DNA of 64,000 nucleotides, from positions 20,227 to 84,226 of the forward strand of contig JAIXXL010000024.1 in NCBI GenBank assembly GCA_027490755.1, given 5' to 3'. The DNA is from Betaproteobacteria bacterium (GTDB taxonomy: Bacteria; Pseudomonadota; Gammaproteobacteria; Burkholderiales; UBA3065). Position 1 is the stretch's first letter; each line of letters starts with the position of its first letter. Positions 35,270-48,612 of the stretch are shown in pieces. The notes beneath the pieces were generated by a model. That model did not search any database, was not told the origin of the DNA, and saw only the letters and a list, made by a program, of their open reading frames with translations. Both the position numbers and the translations under genes were made by a program.

Positions 35270-36496
35270 TTGAGCGGCTTGGTCGGCGGCGGGGCCTTCG
35301 ACTTCGACACGCCGGTCGACCGCAGCGGCACACACAGTGAGAAGTACGCGCTGCGGCGCCAGCTGTTCGGCACCGACGCGGTCGAGCCGTTGTGGGTCGC
35401 CGACATGGATTTCGCGGCGCCGCCGGCGGTGCAGGCCGCCCTCGCGGCACGCGTCGCACACCCGGTCTATGGCTACACGGTGGTCGACGACAGCGTTCCG
35501 GCGTCGCTGGCTGCCTGGTTGGCCCGCCGCCACGGCTGGATGGTCGACCCGGCGCAGGTGCGGCTGGCGCCCGGCATGGTGCCGACCCTGTACGCCGCGG
35601 TGGCCGCCTTCACCGAGCCGGGTGATGGCGTGGTGGTGCAGCCGCCGGTCTACCCGCCGTTCTTCGACGCGGTGACGCGGCAGGGGCGCGTGTTGCTCGA
35701 GAACCCCCTGTTGGAGGGCAGCCGGAGCGAGACGCCGTCAGGCTACGCCATGGACCTCGACCGGCTGGAGGCGCTGGCGCGAGGTGGCGCACGCCTGCTG
35801 CTGCTGTGCAGTCCGCACAACCCGGTCGGGCGCGTCTGGCGCGAGGCAGAGTTGCGGTCGGTGCTGGACATCGCTCGCAAGCACGGCATGATCATCCTCA
35901 GCGACGAGATCCACGCCGACCTGGTCTATGCCCCGCGCCATGGCGCGGCGGCCGATGCGCCGGTGCATGTCCCGCTGGGCGCTCTGGCGACCCCAGACGA
36001 CGCGGTGATCACGGCGCTGGCCCCGAGCAAGACCTTCAACATCCCCGGGCTGGCGCTCTCGGCCACGCTCAGTTCCAACGGCACCGTGTCGCGTCGATTG
36101 GCTGCCGCCTTCGAGCGCATGCCGGTGAGTGTCGCCAACCCGCTGTCCCTGGTCGCCTTCGAGGCCGCCTACACGCACGGCGAGGCATGGCTGGACGCCT
36201 GCCTGACAGTGCTGCGCGGCAACCGCGATGCGCTGTTCGCTGCCCTTGGCGCTGCGGAACGTGCGCGTGTCTCGGGGCTGGCCCCCGAGGCCACCTACCT
36301 CGGCTGGCTCGATTGCCGCGGCGTCGGTCTCGACGATGCCGGGCTGATGCGGGGGTGGGTCGAGGCGGGCTTGGGCCTGTCGGCGGGTGCGCGCTTCGGC
36401 ACCGGCGGCAGCGGCTTCATGCGGCTCAATTTCGCCATCCCGCCTTCGCGAATGGCGGCATGCCTACGTCGCGTAGCCGCGTTCAGCCAGCGTTGA
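35270..36496 (+). CDS. PLP-dependent C-S lyase, MalY/PatB family (probable OvoB)
   Basis: LWVADMDF, PPVYPPF, CSPHNPVG, SDEIHAD, APSKTFN; directly downstream of ovoA. Confidence 0.88.
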   Translation: MSGLVGGGAFDFDTPVDRSGTHSEKYALRRQLFGTDAVEPLWVADMDFAAPPAVQAALAARVAHPVYGYTVVDDSVPASLAAWLARRHGWMVDPAQVRLAPGMVPTLYAAVAAFTEPGDGVVVQPPVYPPFFDAVTRQGRVLLENPLLEGSRSETPSGYAMDLDRLEALARGGARLLLLCSPHNPVGRVWREAELRSVLDIARKHGMIILSDEIHADLVYAPRHGAAADAPVHVPLGALATPDDAVITALAPSKTFNIPGLALSATLSSNGTVSRRLAAAFERMPVSVANPLSLVAFEAAYTHGEAWLDACLTVLRGNRDALFAALGAAERARVSGLAPEATYLGWLDCRGVGLDDAGLMRGWVEAGLGLSAGARFGTGGSGFMRLNFAIPPSRMAACLRRVAAFSQR

Positions 36497-37454
36497 GGGA
36501 CAGCGCCGCCTGCAGCTCCTTGCGGAGCATCTCGCGCATGTCCGGCGGGTCCAGCACCTCTACGCTGCTGCCGTGGCGGAGCAGGTCGCCCAGCAGCTCG
36601 CGCGGGTCGGAGTAGGGCAGCTCCAGCACGTAGCGGCCGTTCTCGTCGAATCCGCCGCGCTGCTGCGAGTGCCACTGCTCGGTAGACACCCAGCGCGCGC
36701 GCTCGGCGCTGAACCGCAGCCGCGCCCAGCGCACGGCGTTGCCGGAAAAGATGCCGTAGCCGGCGCTGAAGAAAGCGTCGAGCGTGGCGTCGTCGCACTC
36801 CTGTGCCGGTTCGTCGAGGGTCTGCATGGCAAGGATGCCATCCAGCGCAAAACTGCGCAGGTCATCGCGCAGGTGGCACCAGCCGTCCAGGTACCAATTG
36901 CCACGGTAGTGGACCAGCCGTTGCGGCGATACCGTGCGCTCGGTGGTGTCGTCGCGGGCCCTGCCGTAATAACGGATGTGTACCTGCCGACGCTGCAGCA
37001 GGGCCAGGCCGATGCCGGGGAACAGATGATTGGACGGCGGACGCGCACCGGCCCGGGTGATGCGGATGCGGCGCCGGAGCTCTTCCGAGCTGACCTTGCC
37101 GGCGCCAAGGATGGTGTCGATACGTGCGACCAGCGGCTGGATGTGCGGCGTCAGCAGGTTGCTGTCGAGTTCCTGCAGCAGTTGGCTCATGGTCAGGAGT
37201 GCTGCCACCTCGGCCTCGCTGAACCAGAGGCCCGGCAGCGCGTAGCGTGGTCCGGTGCCCTGTTGCCCGAAGCAGTAGCCGCCGCGCTCACGGTCGTATT
37301 CGATCGGTGCGTTGAAACGGTCGCGCAGGTAGGCCAGGTCGCGCTTGAAGGTCGCCAGCGATACGCCCAACTCCTTGAGCATCTCTGCGCGCGGTACGAC
37401 GCGCCGCTCATGCAGCAGCTGGTCTATCCGGTGCAGCCGTTCGGCGTCGTGCAT
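36483..37454 (-). CDS. wHTH-WYL-WCX transcriptional regulator (YafY/DriD/PafBC-like)
   Basis: VSLATFKRDLAYLR HTH; PQRLVHYRGNWYLDGWCHLRDDLRSFALD; VEVLDPPDMR. Confidence 0.93.
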   Translation of the reverse strand: MHDAERLHRIDQLLHERRVVPRAEMLKELGVSLATFKRDLAYLRDRFNAPIEYDRERGGYCFGQQGTGPRYALPGLWFSEAEVAALLTMSQLLQELDSNLLTPHIQPLVARIDTILGAGKVSSEELRRRIRITRAGARPPSNHLFPGIGLALLQRRQVHIRYYGRARDDTTERTVSPQRLVHYRGNWYLDGWCHLRDDLRSFALDGILAMQTLDEPAQECDDATLDAFFSAGYGIFSGNAVRWARLRFSAERARWVSTEQWHSQQRGGFDENGRYVLELPYSDPRELLGDLLRHGSSVEVLDPPDMREMLRKELQAALSLNAG

Positions 37455-37495
37455 GGTGGGGGGATAGCGAAAATAAGGTGAGTCAGTTTAGCAGG

Positions 37496-37512
37496 GGCTC
37501 GCGCGGTGAGCC
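37496..37512. promoter_or_regulatory. Palindrome GGCTC-N7-GAGCC upstream of the WYL gene (candidate operator)
   Basis: ggctc gcgcggt gagcc; a second ggtgagtc half-site at 37477-37484. Confidence 0.4.
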
Positions 37513-37591
37513 TCCGGCTCGTCATTGTCGGGTGACGGGCACACGCCGATTTAGTTGGAAGCGCCCCCGCCAAGGACTACAATAAAACATC

Positions 37592-38131
37592 ATGCATATC
37601 AATCACTTTTATCGCAATCTGCTAGCTGTGGCGGGCTCTGGCTTTGCTTATTGGATCGTCGGCGAATTCCAGATGCTGCTTCCCGCTGAGTTTGCAAGCG
37701 GCGTCAGCGCGCCGTATCTACCAGCAGGTGTACGACTGATCGCGGCGGTCGTCTGCGGGCTGTATGGTTGTTTAGGTGTGTTCCTTGCCAGCCTGGTGCT
37801 GGCGCCCCAGACCTTCCCCGATGCGGCGATGCCGGTGTTGCTGGCGATTGCCGGCGCGAGCGCCTTCGTGCCGCTGGTCGCGCTTGCAGCCGTGCGGCGT
37901 GCGTTCGGCATCGGCGACCAGCTGACTGAATTGTCATTCCGGTTGGTGCTTCTGCTTGTCGTCCTGCAGTCGGTGCTCTCGCCCATCGCGCACCAGCTTC
38001 TGTATCACCTCACCGGGTTGGCGCCAGCCGGGGCGCTGCATCTGCTCGTCATGATCTCCGGCGATCTGGTCGGCACCATGCTGGTGCTGCTGGTGGTCGC
38101 GGCTGCCTGGGGTTGGCTTCGCCGGAGCTGA
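37592..38131 (+). CDS. Stand-alone MASE1-like integral membrane protein
   Basis: About five hydrophobic segments, YLPAGVRL...GCLGVFLAS, GDLVG; AT-richer 5' part. Confidence 0.65.
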   Translation: MHINHFYRNLLAVAGSGFAYWIVGEFQMLLPAEFASGVSAPYLPAGVRLIAAVVCGLYGCLGVFLASLVLAPQTFPDAAMPVLLAIAGASAFVPLVALAAVRRAFGIGDQLTELSFRLVLLLVVLQSVLSPIAHQLLYHLTGLAPAGALHLLVMISGDLVGTMLVLLVVAAAWGWLRRS

Positions 38132-38233
38132 GCCCTCGCTCCAGCGCGAAAATTGCGCGTTGCAATCAAATTCCTGCGTCTGTAGGAAAGCGCACCGGGG
38201 GGGCGGTGGTGGTTGCGGGGGCAATATGAGCTG

Positions 38234-38545
38234 TTACTTTGCGGGCTTCGTGGCCTTGTGCTCTCGCGACCGCGCGCGATCCCGCTCGGGCTTCTCATTC
38301 CGCTCATTCCGCCGGCCAGCGCCCTCGCGATCGTCGCGCTCCTTGGCATCGTGTCCCGGGGCGTGCTTTTTCTCCGACTTCATGCGGTGTCGCTGCTCCG
38401 CGCGTTCCTGCCCGCGCAGTTCGCCACCACGGTTGCTGTTCTCAGCTGAGGACCCGCGACGGTCCTGCCGGTCGTCTGCAAACGCCGTCGTCGGGCTGGC
38501 GGCGGCAACCAACAGGGTGATCAGGGTAGGCAACGTAAGGCGCAT
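38234..38545 (-). CDS. Small secreted, highly charged hypothetical protein
   Basis: RBS ggag, signal peptide MRLTLPTLITLLVAAASPTTAFA, R/E/D/K-rich mature part. Confidence 0.6.
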   Translation of the reverse strand: MRLTLPTLITLLVAAASPTTAFADDRQDRRGSSAENSNRGGELRGQERAEQRHRMKSEKKHAPGHDAKERDDREGAGRRNERNEKPERDRARSREHKATKPAK

Positions 38546-38625
38546 GACGTTTCTCCAGTAGATTGATCGAGGGGCAGCGATCTGATCGGGAGGCGATGGC
38601 CGGACGCTTTTGGCGTGGATTGCGC

Positions 38626-38712
38626 TGGTGCCGGGAGGGGGACTCGAACCCCCACACCCTTTCGGGCGGCGGATTTTGAATCCGCTGCGTCTACCGATTC
38701 CGCCATCCCGGC
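38626..38712 (-). tRNA. tRNA-Leu (CAA)
   Basis: 87 nt with long variable arm; anticodon stem-loop GCGGA-TTCAAAA-TCCGC; GTTCGA T-loop; CCA end. Confidence 0.97.
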
Positions 38713-38814
38713 TGGAGGGGAGCGCGGATTATCGTTGGGTGGCCATCGTCGCTGCAAGCGAAAAAGCCGGACCGGGCGCAGCCTTCCGTCCGCGCCGGTC
38801 CGGTAGGGGGAAAC

Positions 38815-39621
38815 TCAACGTGCCCTTGGCATGGCTGGTGCGGATGCTGCGATCGCGCAGACCACCTCGGGCATCACGCCCATCACGCGGATCAGCGTCG
38901 CGGCTGCGCCGGTGGGCACGCGCTTGCCCTGCTCCCAATTGCGCAGGGTGTGCAGTGGCACGCCAAAACGGCGTGCGAAATCCACCTGAGTCAGCCCGCT
39001 GCGCAGGCGCACGCTGCGCACCGCAGACGCGGCGGTGTCGCAGCCGTTGGCGGTGGCCGACAGGCCCACGTGGTTGGCGTGCCGGGAGGGCGGCGTCAGC
39101 AGTGCGGCGCCGCTGCCTGTGTGTTCCGGCATCCACTCGCCATCGACTATGAAAGCGCGCAGGCGGCGGCCGGCATCCGGGTCCTCGCCAGTGAAGGCGT
39201 ACTCGATACGGGCGAAGCGGTCTGCATCCAGTTGAGTGCTGGCCATCCACCAACCCGGAAAGTCACGTTTCAGCGCGGTGCGCACCCGCAACACCGTGAA
39301 GCCGGAGTGGCGGGAGTCGCGGCCGATCGCGGCCAATGCATCGCCGATACGCTCTGCGGTGCCCTCTAACACCAGCAGCACCTCGTCGCCTTGCCGAGCG
39401 AGCACGCCGGTGATGTTGCGCTTTCGGTTCTCGCGCCGTGCCTGTGACAGCAGGTCGACCCAACCGTCGCCGCCATGGGCCATGCGGCTGCGGCACACGG
39501 CCTGCACCAACTGGCCTGCGGTCAGGGCCGGCAGTGGGGACGGCTGAGCGGCCTTGCGCGGGATGCCCCTGGTGGGTGCGTCCTGAGTCCGCTTGCTGCT
39601 GGTTCGGGTGTCGGTCTTCAT
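38815..39621 (-). CDS. Degenerate BLUF domain fused to XRE-family helix-turn-helix
   Basis: [31 protein letters not shown] (BLUF); [33 protein letters not shown] (HTH_3). Confidence 0.82.
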   Translation of the reverse strand: MKTDTRTSSKRTQDAPTRGIPRKAAQPSPLPALTAGQLVQAVCRSRMAHGGDGWVDLLSQARRENRKRNITGVLARQGDEVLLVLEGTAERIGDALAAIGRDSRHSGFTVLRVRTALKRDFPGWWMASTQLDADRFARIEYAFTGEDPDAGRRLRAFIVDGEWMPEHTGSGAALLTPPSRHANHVGLSATANGCDTAASAVRSVRLRSGLTQVDFARRFGVPLHTLRNWEQGKRVPTGAAATLIRVMGVMPEVVCAIAASAPAMPRAR

Positions 39622-39711
39622 GGCAAAGAATCTAGCGACCGGCTGCGCCCAACGCTTTGCCGCAGGTCAAGCTTCGCCGGCGCCGCTCGCGGTGGGTTAG
39701 AGTCGCGCCCC

Positions 39712-41938
<2,227 letters not shown>

Positions 41939-42020
41939 CACCGCGGGCGCTGCCGCAAGGCCCGCCAATGAGCGCGTGATACCATCGCGCACCCTTTTGC
42001 CACGTCCTGTCCAGAGCGCA

Positions 42021-42377
42021 ATGAACGTCGTCCGTACCGTTATCGCCAGCCTCGCGTTGGCCACCGCCACCCCCGCCTTTGCCAACACGCCAGCACCCGC
42101 CTTCGACTGGGCCGGACTGCTGCCGATGGTGGTCATCTTCGTGCTGTTCTACTTCATGCTCATCCGCCCGCAGATGAAGCGTGCAAAGGAGCACAAGCAG
42201 ATGATCGACGCCCTCCAGGTGGGCGACGAGGTCATCACCGGCGGCGGCGTCCTGGGCAAGGTCACCAAGGTGACCGACACCTACGTGACGCTTGAGATCG
42301 CCAAGGACACCCGCGTCGTGGTGCAACGCCCGAGCATCCAGACCGTGCTGCCAAAGGGCAGCATCGCCGCCGCCTGA
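42021..42377 (+). CDS. yajC: Preprotein translocase subunit YajC
   Basis: FYFMLIRPQMKR, GDEVITGGG. Confidence 0.95.
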   Translation: MNVVRTVIASLALATATPAFANTPAPAFDWAGLLPMVVIFVLFYFMLIRPQMKRAKEHKQMIDALQVGDEVITGGGVLGKVTKVTDTYVTLEIAKDTRVVVQRPSIQTVLPKGSIAAA

Positions 42378-42417
42378 GGCCGCTCAGGCGGCCCACCGAA
42401 CCGTCACCGGAACGCCA

Positions 42418-44280
42418 ATGAACCGTTTCCCGCTCTGGAAGAACGCCCTCATCGCCATCGTCATGGCGCTCGGCGTCGTCTACACGGTCCCCAACCTGTT
42501 TGGCGAGGTGCCGGCGGTGCAGGTGCTGCCGGCCCGCCCGGGCGTCAAGGCCGACACCGCACTCATGGGCAAGGTCGAGCAGGCGCTCAAGTCCGGCGGC
42601 GTCGACGCAGCCGGGGTCGCCAGCGACGAGCGCAGCATCCGCGTGCGCCTGGCCAGCACCGACGACCAGCTCAAGGCACGCGACGTGCTGCAGCAGGCGC
42701 TGGGCAGCAACTTCATCGTCGCCCTGGCCCTGCAGTCGGCCTCGCCCGAGTGGCTCAGCTCGCTGCACGCGCTGCCGATGTACCTCGGCCTTGACCTGCG
42801 CGGCGGCGTCCACTTCCTGCTCGAGGTCGACATGAAGACCGCTCTGGCCAAGGCCATCGAGCGCAACCAGAACGAGCTGCGCGGCAGCCTGCGCGAGGCG
42901 CGTGTCAGCTACGGCGGTATCGCCAAGCAGGGTGACGACCTGGTCCTGCGCTTCAAGGACGAATCAGCGCGCAAGCAGGCCCGCGCCCTGGTCGAGAAGG
43001 ATTTCCGCGGCCTGTCGATCCGCGACGATGTGGCCGGCGAAGACCTGCGCCTGATCCTCTCGCTCACCCCGGCCGAGCTCAAGCGCATCGAGGAGGCCTC
43101 GCTGCAGCAGAACATCACCACGCTGCGCAACCGCGTCAACGAACTCGGCGTCGCCGAGCCGATCGTGCAGCAGCAGGGGCCGTCGCGTGTCGTCGTGCAG
43201 CTGCCCGGCGTGCAGGACACCGCCAAGGCCAAGGACATCCTCGGCCGCACCGCCACGCTCGAACTGCGCATGGTCGACGAGGAACACAGCGACCCGACCT
43301 CCTTGGCCGCCGCACAGGCCGGCCAGGTGCCGTTCGGCGCCGACTTCGTCACCGACCGCGAGGGCCGGCCCTACCTCGTCCGCAAGCAGGTCTACCTGAC
43401 CGGCGAGAACATCGCCGATGCGCAGCCAGGCTTCGACGGCCAGAGCGGCCAGCCGGCGGTGCACATCAACCTCGACGGCAAGGGTGCACGCATCTTCAAG
43501 CAGGTCACCCGCGAGAACGTGGGCAAGCGCATGGCCATGCTGCTGGTCGAGAAGGGGCAGTCAGAGGTGGTCACGGCGCCGGTCATCCGCACCGAGATCG
43601 CCGGCGGCCGTGTGCAGATCAGCGGCGCCATGAACACCGAGGAAGCCCGCGACATCGCGCTGCTGCTGCGTGCCGGCTCGCTGGCCGCGCCGATGGAGAT
43701 CGTCGAGGAGCGCACCGTGGGTCCGAGCCTCGGCGCCGACAACATCTCCCGCGGCATCAACTCGACGCTCTATGGCTTCGCCGCGATCGTCGTCTTCATG
43801 GTCATCTACTACATGGTGTTCGGCGCCATCTCGTCGGTCGCGCTGGCCAGCAACCTGTTCCTGCTGCTCGCACTGCTCTCGCTGCTCCAGGCCACGCTCA
43901 CGCTGCCGGGCATCGCCGCCATCGCGCTCACCCTGGGTATGGCCATCGACGCCAACGTGCTGATCAACGAGCGCATCCGCGAAGAGCTGCGCAACGGCAA
44001 CTCGCCGGGCGCGTCGATCGCCGCGGGTTACGACCGCGCGTTCGACACCATCCTCGACTCCAACATCACCTCGCTCATCGCCGGCCTGGCGCTGCTGGCC
44101 TTCGGCTCGGGCCCGGTGCGCGGCTTCGCCGTGGTGCACTGTCTCGGCATCGTCACCTCGATGTTCAGCGCGGTGCTGGTCTCGCGCGCGATGGTCAACC
44201 TCGTGTACGGGCGGCAGAAGCGCATCAGCCACCTGTCGATCGGCAACACCAAGTGGGCCGGCAGCGACGCCGCCGCCTGA
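42418..44280 (+). CDS. secD: Protein translocase subunit SecD
   Basis: LGLDLRGG, RNRVNELGVAEP, VGPSLG, DANVLINERI. Confidence 0.97.
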   Translation: MNRFPLWKNALIAIVMALGVVYTVPNLFGEVPAVQVLPARPGVKADTALMGKVEQALKSGGVDAAGVASDERSIRVRLASTDDQLKARDVLQQALGSNFIVALALQSASPEWLSSLHALPMYLGLDLRGGVHFLLEVDMKTALAKAIERNQNELRGSLREARVSYGGIAKQGDDLVLRFKDESARKQARALVEKDFRGLSIRDDVAGEDLRLILSLTPAELKRIEEASLQQNITTLRNRVNELGVAEPIVQQQGPSRVVVQLPGVQDTAKAKDILGRTATLELRMVDEEHSDPTSLAAAQAGQVPFGADFVTDREGRPYLVRKQVYLTGENIADAQPGFDGQSGQPAVHINLDGKGARIFKQVTRENVGKRMAMLLVEKGQSEVVTAPVIRTEIAGGRVQISGAMNTEEARDIALLLRAGSLAAPMEIVEERTVGPSLGADNISRGINSTLYGFAAIVVFMVIYYMVFGAISSVALASNLFLLLALLSLLQATLTLPGIAAIALTLGMAIDANVLINERIREELRNGNSPGASIAAGYDRAFDTILDSNITSLIAGLALLAFGSGPVRGFAVVHCLGIVTSMFSAVLVSRAMVNLVYGRQKRISHLSIGNTKWAGSDAAA

Positions 44281-44295
44281 GCAGGACGCATAGCC

Positions 44296-45225
44296 ATGGA
44301 ATTCTTCCGTATCCGTCGTGACATCCCGTTCATGCGCCACGCGCTGTGGTTCAACGTGGTGTCCATCGTCACCTTTGTCGCGGCAGTCTTCTTCCTCAGC
44401 ACCCGCGGGCTGCACTTCTCGGTCGAGTTCACCGGCGGCACCGTGATGGAGGTCTCGACGCCGCAGGCAGCCGACCTGTCGCGCATCCGCGGCGAGCTCG
44501 CCGACCTCGGCTTCGCAGATGCGGCGGTGCAGAACTTCGGCAGCTCAAAAGACGTGCTCATCCGCTTGCCGGTCAAGCAGGGCGTCACCAGCGCGCAGTT
44601 GTCCGAGCAGGTCTTCAACTCGCTCAAGACGGTCGAGCCGGGCCTCGAGCTGCGCCGCGTCGAGTTCGTCGGGCCGCAGATCGGCAAGGAACTGGCCACC
44701 GACGGCGGCATGGCGTTGCTCTTCGTCTGCCTCGGCATCGTCATCTACCTCTGGATGCGGTTCGAGTGGAAGTTCGGCGTCTCGGCGCTCATCGCCAACC
44801 TGCACGACGTGGTCATCATCCTGGGCTTCTTCGCCTTCTTCCAGTGGGAGTTCTCGCTCACCGTGTTGGCCGCGGTGCTGGCGGTGCTGGGCTATTCGGT
44901 GAACGAGTCGGTGGTGGTGTTCGATCGCATCCGCGAGAACTTCCGCAAGATGCGTGGCCGCACCGTGCCCGAGATCATCGACAACGCGCTCACCCGGACC
45001 ATGAGCCGTACCATCATCACCCACGGCTGCACGCAGCTTGCGGTGGTGTCGATGCTGCTGTTCGGCGGCGAGGCACTGCATGGCTTTGCCGTGGCCCTGA
45101 CCATCGGCATCCTGTTCGGCATCTACTCCTCCGCCTTTGTCGCCTCGGCGCTGGTCATGTGGCTCGGAGTGACGCAGGCGGATCTGGTCAAGCCGGTCAA
45201 AGAGCAAGTCGACGCGATGCCTTGA
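44296..45225 (+). CDS. secF: Protein translocase subunit SecF
   Basis: EFTGG, VGPQIG, HDVVI, GYSVNESVVVFDRIREN. Confidence 0.97.
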   Translation: MEFFRIRRDIPFMRHALWFNVVSIVTFVAAVFFLSTRGLHFSVEFTGGTVMEVSTPQAADLSRIRGELADLGFADAAVQNFGSSKDVLIRLPVKQGVTSAQLSEQVFNSLKTVEPGLELRRVEFVGPQIGKELATDGGMALLFVCLGIVIYLWMRFEWKFGVSALIANLHDVVIILGFFAFFQWEFSLTVLAAVLAVLGYSVNESVVVFDRIRENFRKMRGRTVPEIIDNALTRTMSRTIITHGCTQLAVVSMLLFGGEALHGFAVALTIGILFGIYSSAFVASALVMWLGVTQADLVKPVKEQVDAMP

Positions 45226-45226
45226 G

Positions 45227-45260
45227 AAAAACCGCAGCGGTGACCATCTGCGGCGTTTTT
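45227..45260 (+). terminator. Possible terminator after secF
   Basis: aaaaaccgcag...ctgcggcgttttt imperfect inverted repeat. Confidence 0.45.
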
Positions 45261-45282
45261 CTGACACCCATCTGGTGAGACG

Positions 45283-45918
45283 TTGAGCCTGTCGGATCTT
45301 GTCAATCTCCTGCTGCACCTCGACGTGCACCTGCTTGAGTGGGCTCAGGCCTACGGCCACGGCTTCCTCGCCATCCTCTTCGTCATCGTCTGGGCCGAGA
45401 CCGGTCTGGTCGTCGCGCCGTTCCTGCCAGGCGACAGCCTGCTGTTCGTCGCGGGGGCGGTCGGGGCACTGGTCGGATTGCCGCTCTGGCTGCTGGTCAG
45501 CGTCCTCATCGTCGCCGCCCTGAGCGGGGACAACACCAACTACTGGATCGCCCGCCGTGTCGGCCCAGCGGTCTTCGATGACCCGCGGTCACGCTGGCTG
45601 AACCCGCGCAACCTGCATCGCACACACGACTTCTACGAGCGGCACGGCGGCAAGACAATCCTCATCGCGCGCTTTGTACCGTTGATGCGGACCTTCGTGC
45701 CCTTCGTTGCTGGCCTCGGCCGCATGACCTACCGCCGCTTCCTCGGCTACAGCGCCTTGGCTGCATGCGCCTGGGTCGGTTCGCTGGTGCCGCTGGGCTA
45801 CGTCTTCGGCAACACCGAGGTGGTGCGCGGCAACCTCACGCTGGTCATCGTCGCAATCATCGCGGCCTCGCTGTCGCCGCTGATCATCGCCGCGCTGCGC
45901 AATCGACGCCGCAGCTGA
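45283..45918 (+). CDS. dedA: DedA family membrane protein
   Basis: ETGLVVAPFLPGDSLLF, GDNTNYW, ARFVPLMRTFVPFVAG. Confidence 0.92.
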   Translation: MSLSDLVNLLLHLDVHLLEWAQAYGHGFLAILFVIVWAETGLVVAPFLPGDSLLFVAGAVGALVGLPLWLLVSVLIVAALSGDNTNYWIARRVGPAVFDDPRSRWLNPRNLHRTHDFYERHGGKTILIARFVPLMRTFVPFVAGLGRMTYRRFLGYSALAACAWVGSLVPLGYVFGNTEVVRGNLTLVIVAIIAASLSPLIIAALRNRRRS

Positions 45919-45939
45919 GGCCCGCGCGCCCGGTCTGTA

Positions 45940-48264
<2,325 letters not shown>

Positions 48265-48283
48265 GCCAGCTGGGTGTCGCTCT

Positions 48284-48595
48284 GGTGGTGGGCGGGCCTT
48301 CCCCGAGTGGCGGGCGGGGCTTCCATCGGGACGCTCCTCTCGCTCTCTCGCTTCGCTCGCATCCCGCTTCGAAGAGCTTTCCCGATGCGCCCCGCCAGCG
48401 ACGGTCAGCGCAGCACCCTGAACCTTCAATGGCCGGGAGAGCGGCGGATGGGGCTTTCGCAGCAGACTGCGGAGCCATCTGCAAGAAAGCTCCACCGCCG
48501 GTAGGCCCGGCCCGCCACCCCCCGAGGTAGTGGGCCGCCCCACCCCGCTGGTAGGCCCGGCCCGCCACTCCCCCGAGGTGGTCGGTCTCCCACCG
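48284..48595. repeat. Structured intergenic element: two long hairpins, a 50-bp-period direct repeat and flanking inverted repeats (MITE/REP-like or ncRNA)
   Basis: Hairpins 48313-48396 and 48442-48500; ggtaggcccggcccgccac at 48500 and 48550; gagtggcggg (48305) complementary to cccgccactc (48561). Confidence 0.65.
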
Positions 48596-48612
48596 TCTGC
48601 TACCCTTCGGCC

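Noticed and set aside
38815-39020. HigA/MqsA-type antitoxin of a toxin-antitoxin pair
   Set aside because: The HTH is fused in frame to the BLUF-like domain and no toxin ORF is adjacent.
48500-48595. Possible mini-CRISPR
   Set aside because: Only two copies, the sequences between them are also similar, and no cas genes are nearby.
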